From Alphaproteobacteria bacterium (GTDB lineage Bacteria > Pseudomonadota > Alphaproteobacteria > Rs-D84): a DNA stretch of 64,000 bases. The stretch is from assembly GCA_017502865.1 (NCBI GenBank), contig JAFVUD010000006.1:189832-253831 (forward strand). Direction: 5' to 3'. This document shows, piece by piece, positions 1 to 9,788 of this stretch (its first letter is position 1; every line of letters begins with the position of its first letter). A program made the translations under genes and the position numbers. Below the pieces are notes generated by a model. That model did not search any database and was not told the origin of the DNA. It was given only the letters and a program-made list of their open reading frames with translations.

Positions 1-29
1 CAGTTGGTGCGATAAGTGCCCAGGATTTA

Positions 30-857
30 TTGCGTATGGATCGTGATGCGTTCAGTACGGTAAATATAAACAATGTGTACAGAAATGGACACTTTTTGTT
101 GGGGCCGCAGACGGTCAGTTATGTGTTGTCACGTACAAGAAGTACAGGTGATGTGAAAGATTTCTTGGCTAATTTTGAAATGGGGCGTGATATATTAAGC
201 CAGGTTTCAAGTGTTTCAGGTCAGGCGACATTTGCACTGCATGCAGACGAAGGGCAACAGGCGGAAATGCAGGTTATCGAAGCGTCTATGAAACTGATGA
301 ATGATGCGGATAAAGAATTTCGTAATGGTCAGTATGCCAAGGCAGTGGATTTATATAAAAAGGCAATTGAAGCCGATCCGGACAATATGCAGGCATACAG
401 TTCGTTGGCGTACGCATATAAAAAACTGGGGGACCAGCATAAGTCGATTTCGTACTATGAAATGTCGGCCCAGGCGGTTAAGGACGGTAATGCACGTATG
501 AATGCGAATAAGCATCTGTTGCTGGACCGTGAGATTAAGGCATCTTCGTATTATAATGCAGGTACAGCACGTGAAGAAATTGCAAAATTATATGAAGCCC
601 AGGGTGACAAGACCAAGGCAATCAAGAACTATGATTTAGCATTAAATAACTATAAGACGGCACTGGAAAATGCAGAAATGGATGGTCTGGATCAGGCACG
701 CAAGGATGTATATAGTGCGGCTATCAATAGGGTGGAAAAGAAGATTGCAGGTATGAAGACATTGGCAATGAATGCGGGGGTTAAAAAGATTAGACAAGAT
801 AATGCACGGAAAGATTTATTGCTGTATGGGGCAGAACATAAAGGCAATATCGCATAG
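30..857 (+). CDS. TPR-repeat protein. The reading frame is open back to the window start, so it may be 5'-partial.
   Basis: Repeated AYxxLAxAYxKxGD-type 34-aa motifs. The 30..857 frame has no stop in bases 3..29. Confidence 0.6.
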   Translation: MRMDRDAFSTVNINNVYRNGHFLLGPQTVSYVLSRTRSTGDVKDFLANFEMGRDILSQVSSVSGQATFALHADEGQQAEMQVIEASMKLMNDADKEFRNGQYAKAVDLYKKAIEADPDNMQAYSSLAYAYKKLGDQHKSISYYEMSAQAVKDGNARMNANKHLLLDREIKASSYYNAGTAREEIAKLYEAQGDKTKAIKNYDLALNNYKTALENAEMDGLDQARKDVYSAAINRVEKKIAGMKTLAMNAGVKKIRQDNARKDLLLYGAEHKGNIA

Positions 858-868
858 GGAGAAAGCAG

Positions 869-2884
869 ATGAAGGTCTTTGTATCCAATAATGATAAGCG
901 TTGGAAAAAGTATAAAATAGATTTTGAGAAAATTGTGTCTACGTTGGATTCTGCTGTATACAGCGAATCAGAGGTGTCTATTGTTTTGACGGATGATGCA
1001 GAAATTCATTCGCTGAATCGTCAGTACAGAAATATAGATAAACCTACAAATGTTTTGTCGTTTGAGTTGGGTGATGATGTTCTGTTGGGTGATATCTATA
1101 TATCTTTGGATACGGTGAAGCGAGAGGCCAAAGATATGAATATATCGGTCGAAGAACATACTGCACATATGGTTGTGCATGGTGTATTACATTTAATGGG
1201 GTATGACCATATGAATGATAAAGATGCAAAAAAAATGGAGAGTAGGGAGGTAAAGGCGTTGGCAAAGATAGGTATTAAAAATCCATATGCAGAACCAGAA
1301 TTTGTTTGTGCAGATGGCAGTTGTTGTCCAGGCAGTGGGTTATTTAGATTTTTGAAATCATTTAAGCCACGTGAAGATGGAATTGGACAATATTTGTTGT
1401 ATGCTGTTTTTGGTTTTATGGCATCGTTGGGGTTTGCACCGTTTAATGCCTGGTGGTTGACGGCAATTGCAATTGCAGGGGCGTACTGGTTGACAGTTCG
1501 TGCAAAAAAGAAAGTGTCTGTGTTTGGTGCTTTCTGCCGTATAGCACCATTTGGGGCGGTGTATTGTGTCGCAATGTTTTGGTGGGTTCTGCATTCTATT
1601 TATGTGGTGCCAGAATTAACCGCCCAGTTTGCGATATGGACCGTGCCAGGTGTGTTGGGGCTGGCGATTGCAGGTGCAATTATTTTCAGTATTCCATTTG
1701 TCGTTTTACGTAAGATTAATATGTCGGGGGCGGGACGTCCGTTTATGTTTGCAGCAGTTTGGGTTTTAGTGTTGTGGTTGCGTGAATGGATGTTTACTGG
1801 ATTCCCATGGAACCCGATTGCAAATATCATGTTGCCATTACCATTATTTGCAAATTCGATGGCTTTGTGGGGTGCGTTGGGATTAAGTTTTGTTATTGTT
1901 GGTTTTGTTGCGGCGGTTGTTGAAATGTTGCGTATACGCACGATTTCCAGGGTTTTGACGTTTGCAGTGTTTTCTGTTTTAGTGTTTGCGGGATGCGTTG
2001 CAGGACGTGTAAATATGCGTGTGGCAGATATGGGGGCGGAAAATGCCCAGCATTTAATTCGTGTTGTTCAGCCTGCAATAGACCAAGCACAAAAGGCAAC
2101 GCACGACAGGGCAACGGCCATACGGAATGCTGATTTTAATTTGCGTCGCATGGTTGCGTTGGCATCCAGTACGGCACAGCCAGATTTGATTGTTTTCCCG
2201 GAAACAGCATATCCGTTTGTAATTGTAGAAGGTGATATGATGCCTTTGGCGGCGGCATTGGGAACAAATGTTGTTATTGGTGCAACAACATATATTGATA
2301 ATGCAGTGCAGAATTCAATGATTGTTGCGGATAAAAATGGCCAGATTACCAGCGTATGCAGCAAATCTCATCTGGTGCCGTTTGGTGAATATAGACCATT
2401 GGGATTTTTGCCCAGTCCTGTGAATTTAAAGGCAGGTGATGGGGCAGAACTGATTAGTTTAAATGTTGATAATGGTGGGTTCGTTTTTGCACCGGCAATT
2501 TGCTATGAAATTATCTTTTCGGATTCTTTGGTGCCGATGGGGGCGTCGGATATGCCGACGGCGGTTATTAATATTACAAATGATAACTGGTTCGGGAATA
2601 CGCCAGGCACATACCAGCATCTTGATATGGTGCGTCGTTATGCAATTGAATCTGGGTTGCCAATTGTTCGTGCAAATTATTCTGGAATCAGTGCATTTGT
2701 TTTGTCAGATGGTTCGGTATTGTCTGCGTTGCCAGTTGGCACAGCCGGCAGTCTGGATGGTTTTGTATGGGGGGCACATATGACACCATACAGAATGATT
2801 GGTATGAATTGGTGGCTGATTATAATATTGGGGTTTGCGTGTATAGGAGTATTTGGAACACGTGGTTCAAAAAGAGATGATTAG
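869..2884 (+). CDS. ybeY/lnt: In-frame fusion of YbeY endoribonuclease (N-terminal ~140 aa) with apolipoprotein N-acyltransferase Lnt (C-terminal ~505 aa)
   Basis: N-terminus carries the YbeY zinc motif HxxVHGVLHLMGYDH. A ~25-aa Cys-rich linker follows, then a polytopic membrane domain and a CN-hydrolase domain (LIVFPETAYPF...ICYEIIF), as in Lnt. No stop codon separates the two parts. An internal TTG-TTG at ~1395 could allow independent lnt initiation. Confidence 0.75.
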   Translation: MKVFVSNNDKRWKKYKIDFEKIVSTLDSAVYSESEVSIVLTDDAEIHSLNRQYRNIDKPTNVLSFELGDDVLLGDIYISLDTVKREAKDMNISVEEHTAHMVVHGVLHLMGYDHMNDKDAKKMESREVKALAKIGIKNPYAEPEFVCADGSCCPGSGLFRFLKSFKPREDGIGQYLLYAVFGFMASLGFAPFNAWWLTAIAIAGAYWLTVRAKKKVSVFGAFCRIAPFGAVYCVAMFWWVLHSIYVVPELTAQFAIWTVPGVLGLAIAGAIIFSIPFVVLRKINMSGAGRPFMFAAVWVLVLWLREWMFTGFPWNPIANIMLPLPLFANSMALWGALGLSFVIVGFVAAVVEMLRIRTISRVLTFAVFSVLVFAGCVAGRVNMRVADMGAENAQHLIRVVQPAIDQAQKATHDRATAIRNADFNLRRMVALASSTAQPDLIVFPETAYPFVIVEGDMMPLAAALGTNVVIGATTYIDNAVQNSMIVADKNGQITSVCSKSHLVPFGEYRPLGFLPSPVNLKAGDGAELISLNVDNGGFVFAPAICYEIIFSDSLVPMGASDMPTAVINITNDNWFGNTPGTYQHLDMVRRYAIESGLPIVRANYSGISAFVLSDGSVLSALPVGTAGSLDGFVWGAHMTPYRMIGMNWWLIIILGFACIGVFGTRGSKRDD

Positions 2885-3123
2885 TAAAAAAATCCCGATT
2901 ATTTCGGGATTTTTATTTGTGTGAAATAACCCAATTTAATATCCATACACGTACCGCAGATGACAGATTGGTGTCAGGGGCACGGGTGTTGTCTATGGAT
3001 GATATTATTGATGCAACAGACGTGTTTTGAGATTTTGCAGCAGTGGTTAATATGTCGATGAATTCTGGTTCCAGGGTAATACTGGTTTGGTGGCCGGATA
3101 ATGAAACGGATATTTTTTTCATT

Positions 3124-3558
3124 TTATAATTTCCCTGCGATTAGACAATCGGTCATGGCCCGATATGGGTCGTCGTATTTGCGTAATGGTTTTAAGGTTA
3201 GGTTATCCAGCATATAGCAGGTGCCAAAACTGTCAAAGCCAAACCAGAATAAATCATTGCGACCAAATATTGTTTTGCCATGTGCCGCTGCAATGTTTGA
3301 TATGTCAAAGTTTACAGAATAAATAGATGGAACCGGTGTTCGCAGACCGTTTGGTATTTCGTCGGGTCCAAAGATATAACCGTTGCCCAATATAATGCCG
3401 CCTGTTTTGCCATATAATTCCATTATGAACATTGGCAGCATTGCAGCACGAATGTTTTGTAATTGGGTATTTGTTAACGCAATACGGCCAGATTCAACCG
3501 GTGGGGCAAAGCGTGCACCACGGGATTGCATTGCAGATAAAAATTCATCACGTGTCAT
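3124..3558 (-). CDS. Hypothetical protein with SUKH/SMI1-KNR4-like sequence features (immunity-protein-like fold)
   Basis: 144 aa. LPMFIMELYGKTGGIILGNGYIFGPDEI resembles the LP..Y..F...NGG...l.ei core of SUKH domains. Last gene of a three-gene minus-strand unit. Confidence 0.4.
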   Translation of the reverse strand: MTRDEFLSAMQSRGARFAPPVESGRIALTNTQLQNIRAAMLPMFIMELYGKTGGIILGNGYIFGPDEIPNGLRTPVPSIYSVNFDISNIAAAHGKTIFGRNDLFWFGFDSFGTCYMLDNLTLKPLRKYDDPYRAMTDCLIAGKL

Positions 3559-3578
3559 ATTGATGTCCCCAATGTTGT

Positions 3579-4082
3579 TTACATGTCACGGTCTGCGGCG
3601 ATTTGTGCAGACATTTGTGCCAAGCGATCTTCGGTTGCGTTGCCGCCATCGCCACCACCGGCGGTATGTGCCGGCAGGTATATCTTTTTTTCTGGGTTCG
3701 GCAACCAGATGGTATCGTTGCCAGATTGGCTGATTATAAATCGATCCATGTTTTGTGAATGTGGAAACGTCCAGCACATAAACATGTTATCCAGTTCCAA
3801 TTTACCACCCCATGTCAGTGGAATGCGAAAGCGAAATGACAGGTTGTCTGGTAAAGTGCGGCCCATCATCAGGCCAATGAATTCGTCCTGGGGCAGGTTC
3901 ATAAATGCCAATTCTTGGACAGAATCAGACAATGAGGTCATGAATTGTTTACATAATTTTTTATACTGGGCAAACCAATCAGGGGCAACAGGGGTTAAAA
4001 CAGGCCGTACAGCAATAACGGGCAAATCGTCCATGCCCATATCGGCAAGCATTTTTTCGGCACTGGTTTGGTTTAGTTGCAT
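3579..4082 (-). CDS. Hypothetical protein (167 aa)
   Basis: ORF with good coding appearance. Its start overlaps the stop of the upstream gene at 4082. Confidence 0.45.
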   Translation of the reverse strand: MQLNQTSAEKMLADMGMDDLPVIAVRPVLTPVAPDWFAQYKKLCKQFMTSLSDSVQELAFMNLPQDEFIGLMMGRTLPDNLSFRFRIPLTWGGKLELDNMFMCWTFPHSQNMDRFIISQSGNDTIWLPNPEKKIYLPAHTAGGGDGGNATEDRLAQMSAQIAADRDM

Positions 4083-5053
4083 TACATTTTCCCAAGGTAT
4101 TCAATAACTGTTGATATATATTCTGAATATGCTGCGAAGTTTTCGGCATCTGTGTCCGCCAATGGTGGATTTGGATGTTCGGATACATATTCACGCAGGG
4201 CACTGAACGAATCGAATGTCAAAACATTTGGGTTCGTTGGGGCACCTGTATCAGGAGCATACACCGTAAATGTGCGAATGTCTATTTCAATTCCATCCAG
4301 TGTGTCAAGGAACAGGTTTGCCATTTGTTCGGCGGCACGGTTCATTTCCATTGTTGATATACCAACACCGCCCAACCACAGGACTTCGTTTTGACCAATG
4401 GCCAATAACTGGAATTGGGTGCCACCAATGCGTGGTGATTTTTTGATTTCGTAACCCATGTCGGTAAAGATTTTTATTAAATCTGGGTTTTCGGCCGGTA
4501 GGTTGGTTTGGGCAGGCTGGGCCACAGGGGCGGGTGATGGTTGCAGAACCGGTTGGGCAACAGTTGGTGTTGGTTGTGATATTGGTGTTTGTGGGGCGGG
4601 ACCATAACTGGCCATTGGGTTAATTGCCAGACGTGGTGGTCGGGTCATATTAAATGGTGCAGGTTGGGGGGCAGGCGTGGTATCTGGTTGTGGGGCAGAT
4701 ACAATATCCAATGCAGATTTTGGTTCGGGCAATGCCACGGATTCCGGCGTATACACGGGTTTTGTGGGTTCAGAATTTTCTGATTTATGAACAACAGGTA
4801 ATTTAATTTTGCGAAAACGTGGACGTATCAACAGGTATAATACAAACAGTGTAATAAATACGGCCAATACCATAGATGGATAGAATGCGGCATTTATGTT
4901 TTGGTGTGTGGCCTGGTGCGTGGCAAGGTATTTCCAATGTGTGCCGGAAAAGATGTCAAAGCCGAATTTTGTATTAAACCAAAATGTTGTGCCCAGGGTC
5001 GCAACCAGCAACCACAACAGGCCTAGTAAAATATTTTCAAATTTGTCTTTCAT
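4082..5053 (-). CDS. Membrane protein: two N-terminal TM helices, a Pro/Gln-rich linker and a ~130-aa C-terminal globular domain
   Basis: TM segments LLGLLWLLVATLGTTFWF and MVLAVFITLFVLYLLI. A ~110-aa linker rich in PxP. Conserved-looking C-terminus IGGTQFQLLAIGQNEVLWLGGVG. Confidence 0.55.
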   Translation of the reverse strand: MKDKFENILLGLLWLLVATLGTTFWFNTKFGFDIFSGTHWKYLATHQATHQNINAAFYPSMVLAVFITLFVLYLLIRPRFRKIKLPVVHKSENSEPTKPVYTPESVALPEPKSALDIVSAPQPDTTPAPQPAPFNMTRPPRLAINPMASYGPAPQTPISQPTPTVAQPVLQPSPAPVAQPAQTNLPAENPDLIKIFTDMGYEIKKSPRIGGTQFQLLAIGQNEVLWLGGVGISTMEMNRAAEQMANLFLDTLDGIEIDIRTFTVYAPDTGAPTNPNVLTFDSFSALREYVSEHPNPPLADTDAENFAAYSEYISTVIEYLGKM

Positions 5054-5096
5054 TTCATTTTTATTGTATCATATTTGTGGTAAAGTAAAAAGTATA

Positions 5097-5771
5097 ATGA
5101 TTGATACAGATTTGGTTTTTAAGGAATTAGGTGATGGGGTTTGTCTGTGGTGTGGGGCAGATACCCAGGGGACTGATTTGGCACAACAATGCCAGATGGC
5201 GATGGAACGTAAAATGCCGATAATATCGGTTGGCCCAGATGCGGTGCCAGTAGTTTGGCCATGGTTGGAACACAGTAATATTGCCATTAATGCACGATTT
5301 TATCTGGAAGATTCTAGGTTTGATGATGTGGCGGCATCTAAATTAGCAAAACGTGTAATTTCTGTGTTCAAAAATGGTGCAGATGGGGCGACTGTTTTTG
5401 TTCGCAGTAAAGATTTGGATGATTTTGTTTCGGCAATGAACGTTGTGCGTGATGATTTGTTCTTTAACAAAGAATTGTGTATCGGTTTGGATATTATGGA
5501 ATTTGGTGCATATGATTGGGCACATGTGTTTGATATGCTGAAAAAAATAAATGCGAATTCGGTTGCGTTCTTTATCAGCAAGGATACAGGAAAAAAATCT
5601 GACTTTGTGGGGCGGGTTTATGGAATGTTAGATGCGTGGCCACGTGATTTTAATGCCAAGTTATGTTGGGCATTTGGAAACAGCATGGTGCGTTTTGACC
5701 AGGCAAAAAGACTGACCGAAGCGTTGCGAAATGATTTGGCAACGGGACAGATATTCCTGGTAAATTTCTAG
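5097..5771 (+). CDS. Hypothetical protein (224 aa). The start was chosen at the internal ATG to avoid overlap with the convergent gene.
   Basis: The ORF 4896..5771 overlaps the 3' end of the minus-strand gene. ATG at 5097 (…KSIMIDTDL). No recognisable family. Confidence 0.4.
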   Translation: MIDTDLVFKELGDGVCLWCGADTQGTDLAQQCQMAMERKMPIISVGPDAVPVVWPWLEHSNIAINARFYLEDSRFDDVAASKLAKRVISVFKNGADGATVFVRSKDLDDFVSAMNVVRDDLFFNKELCIGLDIMEFGAYDWAHVFDMLKKINANSVAFFISKDTGKKSDFVGRVYGMLDAWPRDFNAKLCWAFGNSMVRFDQAKRLTEALRNDLATGQIFLVNF

Positions 5772-6388
5772 TTTTTCAAAATTAAATATTTTGGGGCATC
5801 CGTGCCGGCTTTGTTTTTAGACTGGTACCGGGTTTCGATGATTTCCATATCTGGGATTGTGGCGGTTAAATCGGTTGATTTAATTTGTTCCAAAATCCAA
5901 TCAAAATATTCCCAATGGTCGGTGCCAATAATAATTTCACCATCGGTGGATAAATATTTAGATAATGTGTTCAAAAATTCGGCCGACAACAGGCGACGTT
6001 TTTCATGTCTGGCCTTGGGCCAAGGGTCGGGGTGCAGTATCCAGATTTGATTAAATTTCGAATCGGTTTCACGCAGAAAATCACGCACATCGTCCGCCCA
6101 AATGCGAATGTTTTTATATTCGTCAAAAACTGTATTGTTTTTTTCATCTGTGATTGCAGACAGCAAAGATGCAACGCCGTTCATGAATGGTTCGGCACCA
6201 ATGATAATAGATTGTGGATTGTTTTTAGCCAAAAAACGCACGTGTTCGCCGGCACCAAAGCCAATTTCCAGTATGTCGCCAGTGGTTGGTTTTAATGTTG
6301 GCAACAGTTCGTCCACCAGTGTTTGTTGGCGGGCAGATAATTTTTTGCCATGACGGCGACCAAATGTTCTTATTTCTTGTTTTTCCAT
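5768..6388 (-). CDS. trmB: tRNA (guanine46-N7)-methyltransferase TrmB
   Basis: ILEIGFGAGEHVRFLAKNNP SAM-binding motif and general TrmB architecture. The start was placed at the internal ATG at 6388, because the longer ORF would overlap gltX. Confidence 0.8.
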   Translation of the reverse strand: MEKQEIRTFGRRHGKKLSARQQTLVDELLPTLKPTTGDILEIGFGAGEHVRFLAKNNPQSIIIGAEPFMNGVASLLSAITDEKNNTVFDEYKNIRIWADDVRDFLRETDSKFNQIWILHPDPWPKARHEKRRLLSAEFLNTLSKYLSTDGEIIIGTDHWEYFDWILEQIKSTDLTATIPDMEIIETRYQSKNKAGTDAPKYLILKN

Positions 6389-6434
6389 AGTTTTAGTATA
6401 GAATTGACTTATTAAAAACACAAGGAATATATAG

Positions 6435-8012
6435 ATGAGAAATGGTTTATCAAAAGATTTAATCGCACGTGTGTTGGGTGCGGCACCAAAATATACGGTT
6501 GCAGAATTAGAAGAAAAGTTTCCTGAACGCAACCTGGGCGAGGGTGCAATGGTGACACGTTTTGCCCCCAGTCCAACAGGATATATGCATATTGGTGGAT
6601 TGTATGGTGCGTTGATAGACTGTAAATTAGCCCAGCAGTCGGGTGGTGTGTTTATGCTGCGTATCGAAGACACAGATACCAAGCGTGAGGTTGCAGATGC
6701 AGTTAAAATTATCGAAGAATCTATGCATCGATTCGGTTTGAACTATAATAATGACGAAAAGTACGGCCCGTATTATCAGTCGCAACGCAAAGATATTTAT
6801 CACAGTGTTGTTGCAGAATTATTGGCGACTGGGCGTGCGTATCCATGCTTTTTAACAGCGGCGGATATGGAAGGTATTCGTGAAAATCAAAAGGCGGCGG
6901 GATTCGCAACAGGTATCTATGGTGAATTTGCACGTGACCGTGATTTGACCGAAGAAGAAATTATTGCACATTTGGATAATGGTGAAATTCCATCAATTCG
7001 TCTGTATTCGGTGGGTAATCCGGAACAGCGTATTTTCTGTAAAGATGCGGTGCGTGGTTCAATTGGATTCCCAGAAAATAATGAAGATATTGTTTTGATT
7101 AAATCCAATGATGGTTTGCCAACATATCATTTTGCACATTTGTGTGATGATCACTTTATGCGTACAACACATGTTATTCGTGGCGAAGAATGGTTGCCAT
7201 CATTGCCGCTGCACGTGCAATTGTTCCGTATGATGGAATGGCGTGCACCGTTGTATATTCACACATCAACAATCGATAAAATTGATGAAGAATCTGGCAA
7301 GCAACGCAAATTGTCTAAACGCAAAGATCCAGAAGCAAATGTTGCATTCTTTATGGAGGCAGGCTGGCCAGTTGAATCTGTGATTGAATATCTGGGAAAT
7401 ATTGCGGCGTCGGGTTATGAAGAAGCCAAGATGAAGGGCCAGGTTAAATCATTCTGGGATTATGAAATGCGTGCGAAAAAAATCCCAATGTCGGGTGCAT
7501 TGTTCGATATGAAAAAACTGGAATGGTGGGCCAAGGAATTTATCGGTTCACTGCCGGTGCCAGAATTGGTTGCACGTGTCACCCAATGGGCAAATGAATA
7601 TGGTAATGACACCAACAAAATGCAGGTGGCGGATGCCCAGTACCTGACCGGTGTGTTGGGCATTGAACGTGATAATCCAAAGCGTGTGCGTAAAGACTTT
7701 ATCACATGGTCGCAGACGTTGGAAAATGTTGCGTTCTTTTGGGATGAATTGTTTGTGCCAAGTGCCGAATATGAATTTAATGCGGATGTGTTAAATGCGT
7801 TTTTGGAAACATATAATCCGGCCGATGACAAAGATGCATGGTGGGCAAAAATCGTTGCGGTTGCAGAAAAATGCGGTATTAAAAATGGTGACGTGGCGAT
7901 GAATTTGCGTGTGGCATTGTCGGGTCGTACAAATACGCCGGACCTGTATTCAATAATGACGGTTATGGGCGGTGAACGTGTAATTGAAAGAGTAAAGGGG
8001 GCAATCAAATGA
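6435..8012 (+). CDS. gltX: Glutamyl-tRNA synthetase. It is probably non-discriminating, since gatCAB is present.
   Basis: Class I HIGG (PSPTGYMHIGG) and KLSKR motifs. 525 aa. Confidence 0.9.
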   Translation: MRNGLSKDLIARVLGAAPKYTVAELEEKFPERNLGEGAMVTRFAPSPTGYMHIGGLYGALIDCKLAQQSGGVFMLRIEDTDTKREVADAVKIIEESMHRFGLNYNNDEKYGPYYQSQRKDIYHSVVAELLATGRAYPCFLTAADMEGIRENQKAAGFATGIYGEFARDRDLTEEEIIAHLDNGEIPSIRLYSVGNPEQRIFCKDAVRGSIGFPENNEDIVLIKSNDGLPTYHFAHLCDDHFMRTTHVIRGEEWLPSLPLHVQLFRMMEWRAPLYIHTSTIDKIDEESGKQRKLSKRKDPEANVAFFMEAGWPVESVIEYLGNIAASGYEEAKMKGQVKSFWDYEMRAKKIPMSGALFDMKKLEWWAKEFIGSLPVPELVARVTQWANEYGNDTNKMQVADAQYLTGVLGIERDNPKRVRKDFITWSQTLENVAFFWDELFVPSAEYEFNADVLNAFLETYNPADDKDAWWAKIVAVAEKCGIKNGDVAMNLRVALSGRTNTPDLYSIMTVMGGERVIERVKGAIK

Positions 8013-8746
8013 CACAGTCAAAGCGGGCCAGAATCAAGGCCGTTAAAAAAGATGAACATGGTTCAAGGTTGTTAAAAGTCTTGCGGGCAACGGGATTGTT
8101 CCGCTGGGAAAAGCCAAGTACGCATGCAGAAGAAGTTGTGAATATTTTGACGCATGGCATTGGTATTGGTTTGGCGATTGCGGCGTTAACACTGTTGGTT
8201 GTGTTTGCTGGGATTAAGGGTGACCCATGGGCGATTGTGTCATGTGCGATTTTCGGTGTGACAATGATAACACTGTATTTTGGGTCAACGATGTGTCATG
8301 CGACCATTGGTAAAAAGCACGAATGCTTTTTCGAAGTGTGGGACAGTGTGGCGATTTATGCGTTGATTGCAGGTACATATACGCCATTCTTGCTGGTTAA
8401 TCTGCGTGGGATTATTGGGTGGACAGTATTTGGAATTTTGTGGGCGATTGTTTTGTTTGGGTCGTACATGAAAATCCGTAATCCAAAGCAACAGCCAAGA
8501 TGGATGGTTGGGTTGTATGTCGCGATGGGGTGGACACTGTTGTTCATATTGCCGGCGATGATTCATAATATCCCGCCACGTGGTTTGTGGTTTATTTTGG
8601 CAGGTGGTTTGGCATACACGATTGGGGTTATTTTCTATCTGTGGCGGCGTATGAAGTTTTCGCATGCGGTGTGGCACCTGTTTGTGATTGGGGGCAGTGT
8701 GTGTTTCTTCTTTGCGGTGTTGTTTGGGTGTATTTTAGATATATAG
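8009..8746 (+). CDS. Hemolysin III / PAQR family membrane protein
   Basis: Seven predicted TM helices and characteristic His-containing motifs (HAT, HLFV). The ATGA overlap with gltX indicates translational coupling. Confidence 0.8.
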   Translation: MTQSKRARIKAVKKDEHGSRLLKVLRATGLFRWEKPSTHAEEVVNILTHGIGIGLAIAALTLLVVFAGIKGDPWAIVSCAIFGVTMITLYFGSTMCHATIGKKHECFFEVWDSVAIYALIAGTYTPFLLVNLRGIIGWTVFGILWAIVLFGSYMKIRNPKQQPRWMVGLYVAMGWTLLFILPAMIHNIPPRGLWFILAGGLAYTIGVIFYLWRRMKFSHAVWHLFVIGGSVCFFFAVLFGCILDI

Positions 8747-8790
8747 CAATAAATCCGCCATGTGGCGGATTTATTATAAAGGGGTGTGAT

Positions 8791-9768
8791 ATGAGGAAAT
8801 TTTTGGCAAATTTGGTTGCGGGCTTTGTGTGGAATAAGAACAAACGTCGTAGTGTACGTAATAAGATTCTGCGTAAGGTAAAGATAGAAGTGAAAAAAAT
8901 TGAAACACCAGAAGATTTCAAAAAACGTTATGCAAGTGTGAAGCAAAAATGGCGTGAAGTTTGTGGCGAAAATACGCCATTGCGACCGGGGCGGTTTGCA
9001 GAATATGATTTGATTTTTGGAATTGGGTCAACGTGTTATGTAACAACTATTTTAGGTGAGCATAAATTGAGAAGATTTTCTACGCCATTAGATTGGACAG
9101 GAGGGGTGGAACCTGTTGGTTGGTGTGGTTTGCCAGATGTACATCGAGATTCCAGGTTTAATGAGAAAATCGATATGTTGATTAGTGGGTTTAGAGATGC
9201 GTTTGTAATTGATAATTTTAAATTGGTTTGTGTTGGCGGTTTACCTAAACGTGAGCATCACATTGTTGCGGATGTAAAAAATAATATAAGATATATTCAT
9301 CACTTCCCCATGGATAAGAGTATAGAATCATATTTTCCAGAATTTCTGGATACGATGAAACGGCGTACAGATAGACTTATGAAATCAATAGAATTGTCTG
9401 GGAAGATTTTGATTGTTTGGATTCATCGTATTTCTGATCAAACAGATATTTTGGATCAAGTTGTTTCAGATGAAGAAGCTGTGTTGGCATTAAATAAATT
9501 AAAACAGGCCTATCCAGATAAAGAGTTTGATATTGTATTCTTTGAAGCAGATGGTACCAAGGCAGAGTATGAATTTGATAAGATTACGGTCACAGAAGGT
9601 GTTTATAAAATACGTTCGAACCATTATTTTGAAGAAGATGCATATAGATTTAAGTATAAATATGGAAATATGAAAGTGCAGCCAATCGTAGCCGAGGCAT
9701 TAGATAATATTGCATTGACGGATTTGTTAAAAGATGTGCAGACGAAAGCGGGATGGTTAACTGATTAA
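8791..9768 (+). CDS. Hypothetical protein with a DUF1796-like (putative papain-like peptidase) signature
   Basis: IFGIGSTCYVTTILGEHKLRRFSTPLDW resembles the G.GS.C..A..L...sPFDW signature of DUF1796. Highly basic N-terminus. Start at ATG 8791, just after the terminator hairpin 8749..8778. Confidence 0.45.
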   Translation: MRKFLANLVAGFVWNKNKRRSVRNKILRKVKIEVKKIETPEDFKKRYASVKQKWREVCGENTPLRPGRFAEYDLIFGIGSTCYVTTILGEHKLRRFSTPLDWTGGVEPVGWCGLPDVHRDSRFNEKIDMLISGFRDAFVIDNFKLVCVGGLPKREHHIVADVKNNIRYIHHFPMDKSIESYFPEFLDTMKRRTDRLMKSIELSGKILIVWIHRISDQTDILDQVVSDEEAVLALNKLKQAYPDKEFDIVFFEADGTKAEYEFDKITVTEGVYKIRSNHYFEEDAYRFKYKYGNMKVQPIVAEALDNIALTDLLKDVQTKAGWLTD

Positions 9769-9788
9769 TCTGGCACAGGGTGTGTGTT

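Noticed and set aside
1230-1237. A8 homopolymer inside the ybeY portion of the fusion ORF, considered as a slippery site separating ybeY from lnt.
   Set aside because: It lies about 40 codons upstream of the YbeY-Lnt junction, well inside the YbeY domain. A frameshift there would destroy YbeY rather than separate the two proteins.
2913-3122. 69-aa minus-strand ORF between lnt and the SUKH-like gene.
   Set aside because: It overlaps the bidirectional terminator hairpin at 2889..2916 and has no RBS or family signal. It may be a very small C-terminal gene of the three-gene unit, but support is too weak.
4896-5096. Upstream extension of the 5097..5771 ORF (the full track ORF starts at 4896).
   Set aside because: The extension would overlap 158 bp of the convergent membrane-protein gene on the other strand and encodes a Cys/Trp-rich peptide. 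The internal ATG was preferred.
7460-8008. 182-aa minus-strand ORF within gltX. Similar long antisense ORFs occur inside sufS (14239..14811, 14526..15029), ftsI (17056..17526), dnaJ (53038..53623), thrS (10555..11013) and parE (50767..51348).
   Set aside because: Each is embedded in a confidently identified housekeeping gene on the other strand and has no recognisable motifs. They are treated as spurious.
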